This document shows positions 17,006-25,440 of a stretch of 64,000 nucleotides of DNA, one piece after another. A model generated the notes under the pieces. That model was given only the letters and a program-made list of their open reading frames with translations. It was not told where the DNA came from and searched no databases. Source of the stretch: a virus; the IMG/VR virus record IMGVR_UViG_3300017971_007886, positions 28,967-92,966 of that record, one strand, 5' to 3'. Position numbers and translations under genes: made by a program. The number at the start of each line of letters is the position of its first letter. Positions within the stretch are counted from its first letter, which is position 1.

Positions 17006-17430
17006 AGCCAGCAGACGTATTGAACCTACTCCCCAGGTACCTGGTTCGAGCGGCCCGCATCAACAACATCATCCCGTCTGATCGCCCCAAGCAGTACAAC
17101 GAGACAGCCCAATACGAGCACATCACTCGGAACATTTACGTTGTACCCAACCTTCCGGCAGAGGTCATGCGCCGGTCGATGATTCACGAGATCGCCCACG
17201 CCCTTGACGACAACTTCGGTGTCGGGCACTACTTTGGAGAATCACCAGCCTGGGCAGAGTTGTCGAGGCGAATGTATGGCGACGTGTCTGTGGTCGAAAC
17301 CTTCGCTGAGAACATGGCGACCCACTTGTTGGACCCCACGTTCTCTCGCATGGTGAATCCATCCGTTGCCAAGTTCATGGATGAAGCGTTGACCTATTTG
17401 CAGATCATGTTCAAAGGAAAGACCCAATGA
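17002..17430 (+). CDS. zincin-like HEXXH metallopeptidase-domain protein
   Basis: MIHEIAHALD with downstream ETFAE third-ligand motif. Confidence 0.7.
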   Translation: MKPADVLNLLPRYLVRAARINNIIPSDRPKQYNETAQYEHITRNIYVVPNLPAEVMRRSMIHEIAHALDDNFGVGHYFGESPAWAELSRRMYGDVSVVETFAENMATHLLDPTFSRMVNPSVAKFMDEALTYLQIMFKGKTQ

Positions 17431-18095
17431 CCAAAGAAGAGAGCAAGTTGGTATTCTGTTCGTGTAGTGGTGGCCTCGATTCGAGCGTGATGGTCCAAAA
17501 GCTCGAAAATGAAGGGTACTACCCGATCCCCATCTTCATCGACTACGGCCAGAAGACGGCAATCGTCGAGTTCGACCGCCTTCGCCAGGTGTGGCCGAAG
17601 TGCAAACTCATTCGATTCGACCTCATGGGTGGCATCCGGTGTTGGGCCACCAATCCGGGGGACCAGTTCATCCCCACCCCGAAGCGTGAACGCGATTTGA
17701 TGTTCATCCCTGGCAGGAACATCTTCTTCCTGACGAGGCTGGCCGTCGAGGCGTACTACTTCCACGCCCATTACCTCGCACTCGGGAACAACACCGATGA
17801 CCTCACATGCGGAGACTGCAAGCCTCCGTTCTTGGAGTCGATGGCCAAGTCCCTCACTCTCGGCATGTCCACCCGTGATGCGGGCGAGTACGAGTACGAG
17901 ATCCTTCAACCCTTTGGTGACATGAGCAAAGCCGACATCGTTCGGTACGGCCATGACCACGGGGTAGCCATCGAGAAAACATGGAGTTGTTACGATTTCC
18001 AAGAGAAGCATTGTGGGGTATGCTGGAACTGTGTGGAAAGGAAGCACGCCTTTGAGAAGGCGGGCGTTGAAGACAAGACAGGCTACATAGAGTAG
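17427..18095 (+). CDS. queC: 7-cyano-7-deazaguanine (preQ0) synthase
   Basis: SGGLDS, DYGQ, IPGRN, GDC.PPF, PF..MSKADIV, TWSCY...CGVCWNCVERKHAF. Confidence 0.9.
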   Translation: MTKEESKLVFCSCSGGLDSSVMVQKLENEGYYPIPIFIDYGQKTAIVEFDRLRQVWPKCKLIRFDLMGGIRCWATNPGDQFIPTPKRERDLMFIPGRNIFFLTRLAVEAYYFHAHYLALGNNTDDLTCGDCKPPFLESMAKSLTLGMSTRDAGEYEYEILQPFGDMSKADIVRYGHDHGVAIEKTWSCYDFQEKHCGVCWNCVERKHAFEKAGVEDKTGYIE

Positions 18096-18117
18096 CCGAC
18101 CAAAAGGAGATGAAGCG

Positions 18118-18384
18118 ATGGCGAATCTACTGGATGATCCTCGCGGCTTTCACCGTCCGATGTCGAGAGCTGTCATCGACAAGTTGGTCTCAGCCCTAAC
18201 GGGCTCGACTCCTACTGTTGTGGCAAAGGACTTTCGGTTCCCGTTGAATCGGGAGTCAGCGGACAAGATTGCCGCAGCAATCAACAGCGTGGACACCTCG
18301 GGTGAACCCGCGATCACTCGGAAGCAGCTCCATGACCCGTGGTCACGGAAGAACATCGAGCGGCTGAAGAAGGTAGTCATCTAA
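18118..18384 (+). CDS. small protein with three internal repeats
   Basis: AAGGAG RBS; FHRPMSRAVIDKL / FRFPLNRESADKI / LHDPWSRKNIERL. Confidence 0.75.
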   Translation: MANLLDDPRGFHRPMSRAVIDKLVSALTGSTPTVVAKDFRFPLNRESADKIAAAINSVDTSGEPAITRKQLHDPWSRKNIERLKKVVI

Positions 18385-18395
18385 GGAGGTGCCCG

Positions 18396-19064
18396 ATGAA
18401 CCAAACACCCAAGGGCTTGACCCATCTTGGAATCAAGCGTGACTCGTTGGGCGGTATCACTCGGGACACCTCTGCTCAAGTTCTGAGCCCACTGAAGCCC
18501 CTCGGAACTCCAGCTCGTGTTCGGGACAGTGACCCCACCCCGCCGCCGCCAGCGGTCTTGGCTACGATTGCCGAGGCCACTCGCACTGGGGGTGGAGAGG
18601 TGCCGACACCAAAGCCCGACACGTCCAAACTCACCAAGGCAGACCTGGCCGTCAAACCCATCGCCTCTCACAAAGACACGAAGGCTCCGGTCTCGGCCAA
18701 GGAGATGCCAAAGGTGGAGGGCAAGAAGGTTTGGCGGAACCAGTACGGTGTTGGGTACTCCGACACCAACTCTTCGCACGGTAGACGTGCGGAGGGATGT
18801 GTTCCAGGTGGTCGTCACGATGGCAAAGGACCAGAGCGTGGTGGCGAGGGAATGGGCGGCCCGTCTCACGGGCGTACACCGGGAATCCGGCGAGCGTTGA
18901 AGGCCCTGGCCAAGAAGAAGCGTGCGAACAAGAAGCGCATCGCCAAAGGTCAGAAGCCGATAATCGCCGGTAAGAAGGTGACGGCCAAACAGTTCGCAGC
19001 CAAGACGAGTACCACTGTCGCGGCTGTGAAGAAGACCATCAAACGTCAACGAAAGAAGAGGTAG
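18396..19064 (+). CDS. basic, largely disordered protein
   Basis: TAAGGAGG RBS; K/R-rich C-terminus. Confidence 0.75.
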   Translation: MNQTPKGLTHLGIKRDSLGGITRDTSAQVLSPLKPLGTPARVRDSDPTPPPPAVLATIAEATRTGGGEVPTPKPDTSKLTKADLAVKPIASHKDTKAPVSAKEMPKVEGKKVWRNQYGVGYSDTNSSHGRRAEGCVPGGRHDGKGPERGGEGMGGPSHGRTPGIRRALKALAKKKRANKKRIAKGQKPIIAGKKVTAKQFAAKTSTTVAAVKKTIKRQRKKR

Positions 19065-19067
19065 AAC

Positions 19068-19367
19068 ATGGCATGGGCACCAGGCGGTTCCATCCCCTCG
19101 GGAGCGCGGGGCGGATTCAGAACCACAGTCAAGACGATCAGCACCATGATCGACAGAGGCCGGAAGCGGATCTCTGCGAGCATGGAAGCCCTCAACATGG
19201 GGAAGGCGTCGGCGTGTACCACTCGGATCACGCCTGCCGAGAAGGATGCACCACCCGCGTTGCCGGGTAGTGGCGAGTACCAACCTCAACAGATGCAGAC
19301 CCTACCGGGTACTGACATCAGGAACTTCGACCGCAGTTCTCGTGCGAAGACTGGAAAGGTGGGATGA
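19068..19367 (+). CDS. basic hypothetical protein
   Basis: GAGG RBS, packed. Confidence 0.7.
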   Translation: MAWAPGGSIPSGARGGFRTTVKTISTMIDRGRKRISASMEALNMGKASACTTRITPAEKDAPPALPGSGEYQPQQMQTLPGTDIRNFDRSSRAKTGKVG

Positions 19368-19368
19368 T

Positions 19369-19587
19369 ATGGCCATCTCAAATGACCAGCTCGACAACTG
19401 GTTCACGTACCACAAGCCAGGCCCAGGCGACGAAGCGAAGTACGAAACGATGCGGGCAGCGGGACGTGCCCTCGCCCAGGCCATCGTGGACAACACGCCT
19501 GAGTCAGCCGATCAAACCGCAGCCGTCCGAAAAGTGAGGGAAGCGGTGATGACCGCGAACTCAGCTCTGGCGTGTAGCGGGAGGTAG
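19369..19587 (+). CDS. small helical-hairpin protein, Acb2/Tad1-like family (tentative)
   Basis: NWFTYH.P...KYE.MR...LA..I...P.S..Q..A.RK.REA.M.ANSA.A pattern. Confidence 0.55.
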   Translation: MAISNDQLDNWFTYHKPGPGDEAKYETMRAAGRALAQAIVDNTPESADQTAAVRKVREAVMTANSALACSGR

Positions 19588-19589
19588 CC

Positions 19590-19892
19590 ATGTCGATCCA
19601 ATCGGAGGTGGCAGACTTCGCCACTGGAAAGACGGACTCTTACCACTTCAATGCAGTGGCGGATTACGTTCGTCTCACGATCCCAGACGCGGAGGACAAG
19701 GACATCCGAAGTGCGTGCATCGTGGAACTCAGACCTCTGGGGAATGATTGGTTCTGTACCGGCAAGCAGTTGCCGTCACCGACCCTTTACCAGATGAAGT
19801 CGGCAATGGGAGACTTCATCGACGACCCCAGCGAGGCAAACGAGGCGGCCCTTGTTGCCTTGATTGCCCAATACCAAACGGAGAACCCGTAG
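19590..19892 (+). CDS. hypothetical protein
   Basis: GGAGG RBS. Confidence 0.7.
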   Translation: MSIQSEVADFATGKTDSYHFNAVADYVRLTIPDAEDKDIRSACIVELRPLGNDWFCTGKQLPSPTLYQMKSAMGDFIDDPSEANEAALVALIAQYQTENP

Positions 19893-20377
19893 TGCATCGA
19901 GTACGATACTACAACCAACTGATCGAGCCCTCGTACTTCCGGGGGCTTCGTGGTTTTTGGATTCGTGTACTCAACCGAATACGAATGATGATCGAGTTTC
20001 GCGTTGCGAAGCATGTTCTAAAGTACCTCGCGAAGGAGGACGGTCACAGTCGGCCAAGACTCAACACGCTTCTGAAAGAGTTCAGACAAGACGTGAAAGA
20101 AGAGAAGGAGTTGTTGAGGCAAGAGCCCTCTGCGACAGTCTCCTCCTTCGACGGGGAACAACCCGCATCATCAGCCGCCGAGAAGATCGGTTCTCGTCGC
20201 GGTACGGAAGCAGCCTTGGCTCGTCTCATGGCGGGTCCACGGTCAAAGCGGTACACGAAGCAACGTGACCGCCATACCTTTTTGGACCTTGAAGGTGACT
20301 TCGAGGCTGTGGATGATGTAGAAGTCCCAACTATGGAGGTGAGCTATGCCCGAGACGAATCCCCAAGACAACATTGA
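19892..20377 (+). CDS. hypothetical protein
   Basis: GTG overlapping upstream TAG; fills gap. Confidence 0.6.
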   Translation: MHRVRYYNQLIEPSYFRGLRGFWIRVLNRIRMMIEFRVAKHVLKYLAKEDGHSRPRLNTLLKEFRQDVKEEKELLRQEPSATVSSFDGEQPASSAAEKIGSRRGTEAALARLMAGPRSKRYTKQRDRHTFLDLEGDFEAVDDVEVPTMEVSYARDESPRQH

Positions 20378-20675
20378 TCTGGAAATCCCAAACGACGAGC
20401 AGGCGGTAGAAGAGGCCCCTGCCCAAGAAGAGCCCGTGGAGGCCCCCGCAGAGGAGGCCCCTGCCGAAGACGCGCCCCCGCCCGAGCAAGCGCCTGAAGA
20501 GGCCCCACCGGAGCCCCAGGACGCCTTGCCAGAGCCCCCGCCAGGACTGCCGAGGCCGATGTCTGGTCATGCCCAGCCCGCAGCAGGCAACGCGGGGTTC
20601 GTTGGCGGTACAATGGGCGTCATGTCCGTACCGGCAGACGCGATGATGAACCAAAACCCACGGTTCAAAAGGTAG
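20346..20675 (+). CDS. acidic Pro/Glu/Ala-rich protein
   Basis: GGAGGTG RBS; EEAPAEEAP repeats. Confidence 0.7.
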   Translation: MPETNPQDNIDLEIPNDEQAVEEAPAQEEPVEAPAEEAPAEDAPPPEQAPEEAPPEPQDALPEPPPGLPRPMSGHAQPAAGNAGFVGGTMGVMSVPADAMMNQNPRFKR

Positions 20676-20681
20676 TCGATC

Positions 20682-22784
20682 ATGGCAATGACGTTCTTCG
20701 CGGACTCCTCCGGTGCGACAGGAGGAGCAGTACCCTTTCAGAGGGTGATCGACCCCTCGAAGTTGGGGATGTACCTCAACCTTGAGCAGGCCGAACTCCT
20801 TCGACTCCAGAGATACCGTCAACACTGGCGGTTCTACTACAACAAGCACTGGGACTTCGCCCGCGAGGACGGTGACCCGCTCGTCACGTTCAACTACTTC
20901 AAGAAGATCATCGACAAAGGTGCTGCTTTCCTCATCTCGCGAGGGTTCAACATCAAGGTACCGGAGCCCTTAGCCGGGTACACGGCACCTTTCCTTCGCG
21001 AGGTGTGGAAGAAGAACAACGGTGGCAGGTTCATTTGGGACATGGCCCTCATGGGCGGTGTCACAGGTGATTGCTTCATCTTGGTCACGTACCAACAGCC
21101 CACACCGTTGGAGAAGCGCATCTTCCCGTTCGCCCAAGGTAGGATCGTTCTGAACCTACTCGGTAGCGAACAGGTCTTCCCCGACTTCAACCCGCTCAAC
21201 AAAGAAGAGATGCGGTCGGTGCGGATTGAGACTCTGTACTATGACGCACGAGCGGTGTCCGAGGTCGGGAAAGAGGACCGCAGTTCCGAAGGCCGCCAGT
21301 TGAACATTCGGCGGTACACCCAGATCATCACACCGACCACCATCACCGAGCACCTTCAAGGTGAGGAGCCTCGGATTCGTGAGAACGTGCTGGGTGAGAT
21401 TCCTCTCGTCCACATCAAGAACCTTCCGGCACCCAACGAGCCCTACGGTCTCCCCGATTGTCTCGAAGTGATTGACGTACAGCGAGAGCTGAACGAGAAG
21501 GCGACCGACGTGTCCGACGTTGTGAACTACAACGCGGCTCCCATCACCGTCATCACAGGTGCCAAGGCCAAACAGCTCGAACGTGGTCCTCGACAGATTT
21601 GGTCGGGCCTTCCCGAGCGTGCGAGCGTGTTCAACCTCAAGCTGGAGGGAGACCTCGGAGCGGCCAAAGAGTACATCGACATGGTGAAGGAAGTGATGCT
21701 GGAGTTGTCGGACACTCCCGAGGGTTCGCTTGGGAAGATGATGCCGATCTCCAACACAGCCGGTGTAGCCCTTCACATGCAGTTCGGTCCTCTCATGGAG
21801 AAGACCATCAAGAAGCGGGCACAGTACCAGCCCGGTCTTGAGAGGGTGAACTACTTCATCCTTCGCATCGGCCACGTACTCGGTATGATCGATCTCCCGT
21901 TCGACATCGACAAGCTGACAGGCGGGAAGATCGCCTTGGTGAAGACCAAGGATGGGGAAGCGTCATTGCCTCGTGCATACCAGATGAACCCAGCCAACTT
22001 CGACTTCCTGGCCCCGATGGACATGCGGCTCAAGTTCCTTCGCGAGTACAGCTTCGGGAAGGAGATTCGAGAGGAGCCGTATTGGAAGATCGTGGCCGAG
22101 CATCGCGGCGTGTCCAGGTCGTTCTGGGATGTCGAGCCCGAGTCCACGATTGAGAAGAAGGCAGAGAAGAAGCGGTCGGAAGAGAACGCCCAGGCAGCCG
22201 AGAACAACAAGGCCGTCGCCCCATCCAAGGAGGGGGTCAAGCCCGGAGTCGCCAAGCAGCTCCCCAAAGAGGTGGAGCCTGGAAAGATTCCGACCTCTCA
22301 GATCGACATTCCGCCCGAGCCAGAACGTGCTACCATTGTAGTGCGGAAGTACGATTCCAAGACAGGGCACCTTGTTGACGAGGAGGAAGTGACGAGAGAC
22401 CTGGTTCCATGCAGTACGTCACTCGAACGAGTGGAGTACCTGAATCCATACGACAGCGAGATCGCCTTCAATGATCCGCTGCCGAAGGATGTCCACCTCC
22501 AAGCCCAACTCTACAAGCAGTACAAAGAGATGGGGATCGTATCGAAGCAGTGGATTCAAGAACACATCCCAGAGATTGCCCCCTACATTGCCGAGATCGA
22601 GAAGCAACTCGAACGGGAAGCCTCGATCAGTCCTGCCCCAGACATCGCCAGCCCTGCGGAGACCGAGTTGCAGGGTGACGAGGACGCCCGTGGTGCGAAG
22701 GCAGCAAGCCACCCGCCCTCTGGGAAAGAGACCCAAGGGGACATGGGCATGAAAGAGCGCGGGTTGAACACCGGGCGTTCATAG
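20682..22784 (+). CDS. portal protein (SPP1 gp6-like) with large insertion
   Basis: VTFNYFKKIIDK, GGVTGDCF, ENVLGEIPLVHIKN..PYGLPD, SNTAGVAL, FNDPLPKD; position between terL and scaffold/MCP. Confidence 0.9.
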   Translation: MAMTFFADSSGATGGAVPFQRVIDPSKLGMYLNLEQAELLRLQRYRQHWRFYYNKHWDFAREDGDPLVTFNYFKKIIDKGAAFLISRGFNIKVPEPLAGYTAPFLREVWKKNNGGRFIWDMALMGGVTGDCFILVTYQQPTPLEKRIFPFAQGRIVLNLLGSEQVFPDFNPLNKEEMRSVRIETLYYDARAVSEVGKEDRSSEGRQLNIRRYTQIITPTTITEHLQGEEPRIRENVLGEIPLVHIKNLPAPNEPYGLPDCLEVIDVQRELNEKATDVSDVVNYNAAPITVITGAKAKQLERGPRQIWSGLPERASVFNLKLEGDLGAAKEYIDMVKEVMLELSDTPEGSLGKMMPISNTAGVALHMQFGPLMEKTIKKRAQYQPGLERVNYFILRIGHVLGMIDLPFDIDKLTGGKIALVKTKDGEASLPRAYQMNPANFDFLAPMDMRLKFLREYSFGKEIREEPYWKIVAEHRGVSRSFWDVEPESTIEKKAEKKRSEENAQAAENNKAVAPSKEGVKPGVAKQLPKEVEPGKIPTSQIDIPPEPERATIVVRKYDSKTGHLVDEEEVTRDLVPCSTSLERVEYLNPYDSEIAFNDPLPKDVHLQAQLYKQYKEMGIVSKQWIQEHIPEIAPYIAEIEKQLEREASISPAPDIASPAETELQGDEDARGAKAASHPPSGKETQGDMGMKERGLNTGRS

Positions 22785-22793
22785 GAGTAGGCA

Positions 22794-22958
22794 ATGAAGA
22801 AGACAAAGAACACGGAGTCAGTCGGAAAGAAGGGTATGGCAATGGGCCATGCCTGTGGGATGACCCACGGGTCGTGCGGTACAACTCCGCACGGATGCGG
22901 TCTGACCAAGCCCATGTCTCATGGATGTTCTGGCGGTAAGAAGAAGCCCAAGAAGTGA
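22794..22958 (+). CDS. 54-aa His/Cys-repeat basic micropeptide
   Basis: AGGAG RBS; MKKTKNTESVGKKGMAMGHACGMTHGSCGTTPHGCGLTKPMSHGCSGGKKKPKK; fills gap exactly; not in ORF track. Confidence 0.75.
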   Translation: MKKTKNTESVGKKGMAMGHACGMTHGSCGTTPHGCGLTKPMSHGCSGGKKKPKK

Positions 22959-22961
22959 AGC

Positions 22962-23300
22962 ATGGCCACGAAGCGCGAGTCTACTCTTAGCCCCTGGATT
23001 ACTGGCACACGAGTTCACCATAAACAGGTGGACGGGATCGCCGGTAGGGGAGAGCGACGACGCAACCGTGACGTGATCTATCGGGGTGGTACCGCCGAGC
23101 GTGTGGACATTCCTGAACTGCAAGATCATCTTCTACTCAACAAGGGGTACCTGCCGAAGTACAGCGGGATACCTCTTGCGGAGTTGCTTCGATCCCAGAT
23201 GAAGGCGAAAGGTGTTCCGAAGAAGGAGCAACAACGGATCATCAAGAACGCCAAAGCCCGTCAGAGGTATTGGGACAAGAAGCGGGAGGGCAACGAATGA
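22962..23300 (+). CDS. basic hypothetical protein
   Basis: Packed ORF, K/R rich. Confidence 0.7.
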   Translation: MATKRESTLSPWITGTRVHHKQVDGIAGRGERRRNRDVIYRGGTAERVDIPELQDHLLLNKGYLPKYSGIPLAELLRSQMKAKGVPKKEQQRIIKNAKARQRYWDKKREGNE

Positions 23301-23725
23301 GGGGACTCACTCACGAGATGCTGTCCGTCTTCGGTTCCGGTCGAGGTCACGCAACACCTCAACCGTCTCAGCCGAAAACAAACAACGGACCACCATCTCC
23401 TGTTCATGGCCGTGCAGCTCCAACGCCTGCGAAGAAGAAGCCCCGATCATCTTGGTACGTCACCAAGGGTGGCAGACGGAAGTTTGGGAATCCAGGTCGT
23501 GGGAGCAAGAAGTTGAAGATTCAATCCGAGGCCCAACACAGGTTCTTCGCAGTCGCCCGACAGGGTGGTGTTCCGGGGTTCGACCCGGAGAAGGCCAAGG
23601 CCGCGATGCGACAGCGGAAGGGTCTCAAGCTACCTCAGTATGTGAAGTTGGGGTACAAGGCGTCAAAGAAGAGAGTCGCTGCCCACAAAGCGAAGCAGCG
23701 AAAAAAGTACCCCCACCTGTCGTAG
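23297..23725 (+). CDS. basic hypothetical protein
   Basis: GGAGG RBS, ATGA overlap; SEAQHRFF...KLPQYV motif. Confidence 0.7.
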   Translation: MRGLTHEMLSVFGSGRGHATPQPSQPKTNNGPPSPVHGRAAPTPAKKKPRSSWYVTKGGRRKFGNPGRGSKKLKIQSEAQHRFFAVARQGGVPGFDPEKAKAAMRQRKGLKLPQYVKLGYKASKKRVAAHKAKQRKKYPHLS

Positions 23726-23741
23726 GGAGGGGGTTGAGGAG

Positions 23742-23774
23742 TATAATGTAGGTTGTCCTACCTGATGGTCAGGT
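23742..23774 (+). promoter_or_regulatory. possible head-operon promoter (-10 TATAAT) with downstream small palindrome
   Basis: TATAAT at 23742; ACCTGA-TGG-TCAGGT at 23760-23774; no good -35. Confidence 0.35.
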
Positions 23775-23823
23775 GGTACAACCTTCTTGCTTACCGGGCG
23801 ATTGTCGCTCAAAGGAGAAAACC

Positions 23824-24132
23824 ATGAAGGACACAACGAAGTTTGCCGGTTCGGCAGGCGGCGGTCGCTATCAGGATGCCGGGGTCGGTAATTCTGAGAG
23901 CACCAACGTCGATGCCACCATTCCGGGGAAGTTCCCGAGTGGCAACACTGGGGAAGGCCGAAGCCAGGGTGAGACCTCTGGTGCCGGTTCGATCTACGCA
24001 GCGGGACTCACCGAGCGCCCGAACGTGTCGAACACCCGCAACCTCGGACCTGACAGAGCCCCAAGTCGTTCGGGCTCGACGGCCATTCCGGTCGCCAATG
24101 TCGGTTCTCGAAAGACAGGAAAGTTGGGCTAA
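23824..24132 (+). CDS. Gly/Ser-rich hypothetical protein
   Basis: AAGGAG RBS. Confidence 0.7.
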   Translation: MKDTTKFAGSAGGGRYQDAGVGNSESTNVDATIPGKFPSGNTGEGRSQGETSGAGSIYAAGLTERPNVSNTRNLGPDRAPSRSGSTAIPVANVGSRKTGKLG

Positions 24133-24159
24133 CACCCAACCCTGAAAGGAGAGACCGAC

Positions 24160-25365
24160 ATGCCAGCGACCGCAAACCCAAATAATGCCCAAGCCACAGT
24201 TACGCCGGTAGTGACCCCTCAACCAGGTCAACCAACAACCCCGGCACCAGCACAGACCCAAACACCTGCCCAAGATCCGGCCCAAGCCCCCTCGAACAAT
24301 CCCCCACAGGATGCGGCGTTGACCGCGCCTGACAACGTGGTGGCGATGATCGAGAAGGCACGTCAGGACGAAAAGGCGAAGCTCTATGGTACCCTCGAAA
24401 AGGTGAAGGCCGACGCGAAAGCGAACGCCGAAGCCCTCGAAGCGGCCAACACGAAGCTGAAGGAGATGGAGGTCATTGCGAACAAAGACCTCACAGCCGA
24501 TCAGCGAGTTGAGGCAAGGATAACTGCCCTACAGGAGCAAATCGCCTCAGAGAAGAAGGCACGAGAGGAAGACGCGAAGAGACACACGGAGGAGAACCGT
24601 CGTATCGAACTGGACTCGTACAAGCATCGCCGCCTCGCAGAGGTTGGTGTTGCCAATCTGATTCCAGAGTTCGTTGGCGGGGATTCGCCAGAGGCCATCG
24701 ACGCATCCATTCTCGTGGCGCAAGCGGAGTACCAACGTTTGCGACAGAAGATGTTCCAAGAGTTCGCGGCTGAACACGGGACACAAGGTACTGGCGATGT
24801 ACCCTCTTCGGTGGGTGGATCTCCTGTTACTCCAAGCCCGCATTTCACCCCGAATGAGGCGGTAGGATTTCCATCGCAGGTTAATCCGATGCCTGTCGCG
24901 GAACAGTCGATTGACATGAACACGCTCGCCAACATGACCAGTGAAGAGGCAGTAAGGTCTGGGGCCTATGAGCAGGTTCGAGGACAACTTCTCAGCAATC
25001 TCAAACAAGCCGCTGGTTCAATGGGTGGTACACCTCTTGGCTCTGCCCCGAGACACATGGCGGTTCCCTCAAACGTTCCTCACGTCGAAGGTCCGAATGG
25101 CGTCATGCAGCCTACCGGTTACCCAACGGGTCCGGTACACCCTGCTTCCGTCCAACCTGGCCGAGCCGCGCCGAACGTTGGAGGACAACCGACAGACCCT
25201 CGGGCGGCTGCTATTGAGGCGGTCAACCGAACCAATGCGGGACAGAATCCGCTGATGAACCAACAACCAGGTGGTGCCCCAACGGGACCAACACCACAGG
25301 GCGATGCGGGTGCAGCAGCGGCGGCGTTCCAGCAGAGGTTCACCCCGACACCACCGCTTCGGTAG
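24160..25365 (+). CDS. capsid scaffolding protein
   Basis: IEKARQDEKAKLY coiled coil, LIPEFVGG.SPEAIDASI; directly upstream of MCP. Confidence 0.8.
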   Translation: MPATANPNNAQATVTPVVTPQPGQPTTPAPAQTQTPAQDPAQAPSNNPPQDAALTAPDNVVAMIEKARQDEKAKLYGTLEKVKADAKANAEALEAANTKLKEMEVIANKDLTADQRVEARITALQEQIASEKKAREEDAKRHTEENRRIELDSYKHRRLAEVGVANLIPEFVGGDSPEAIDASILVAQAEYQRLRQKMFQEFAAEHGTQGTGDVPSSVGGSPVTPSPHFTPNEAVGFPSQVNPMPVAEQSIDMNTLANMTSEEAVRSGAYEQVRGQLLSNLKQAAGSMGGTPLGSAPRHMAVPSNVPHVEGPNGVMQPTGYPTGPVHPASVQPGRAAPNVGGQPTDPRAAAIEAVNRTNAGQNPLMNQQPGGAPTGPTPQGDAGAAAAAFQQRFTPTPPLR

Positions 25366-25440
25366 ATAGGGAGAGCTGGGAAACACAACCTGCGTTTTGG
25401 AAAGAGAAACCTTTTGCAACTCATCTAGGAGGAATTTGAA

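Noticed and set aside
15269-22784. Intein or intron in terL or portal
   Set aside because: Reading frames are continuous, with no C/S...HN splice motifs or LAGLIDADG/HNH domains.
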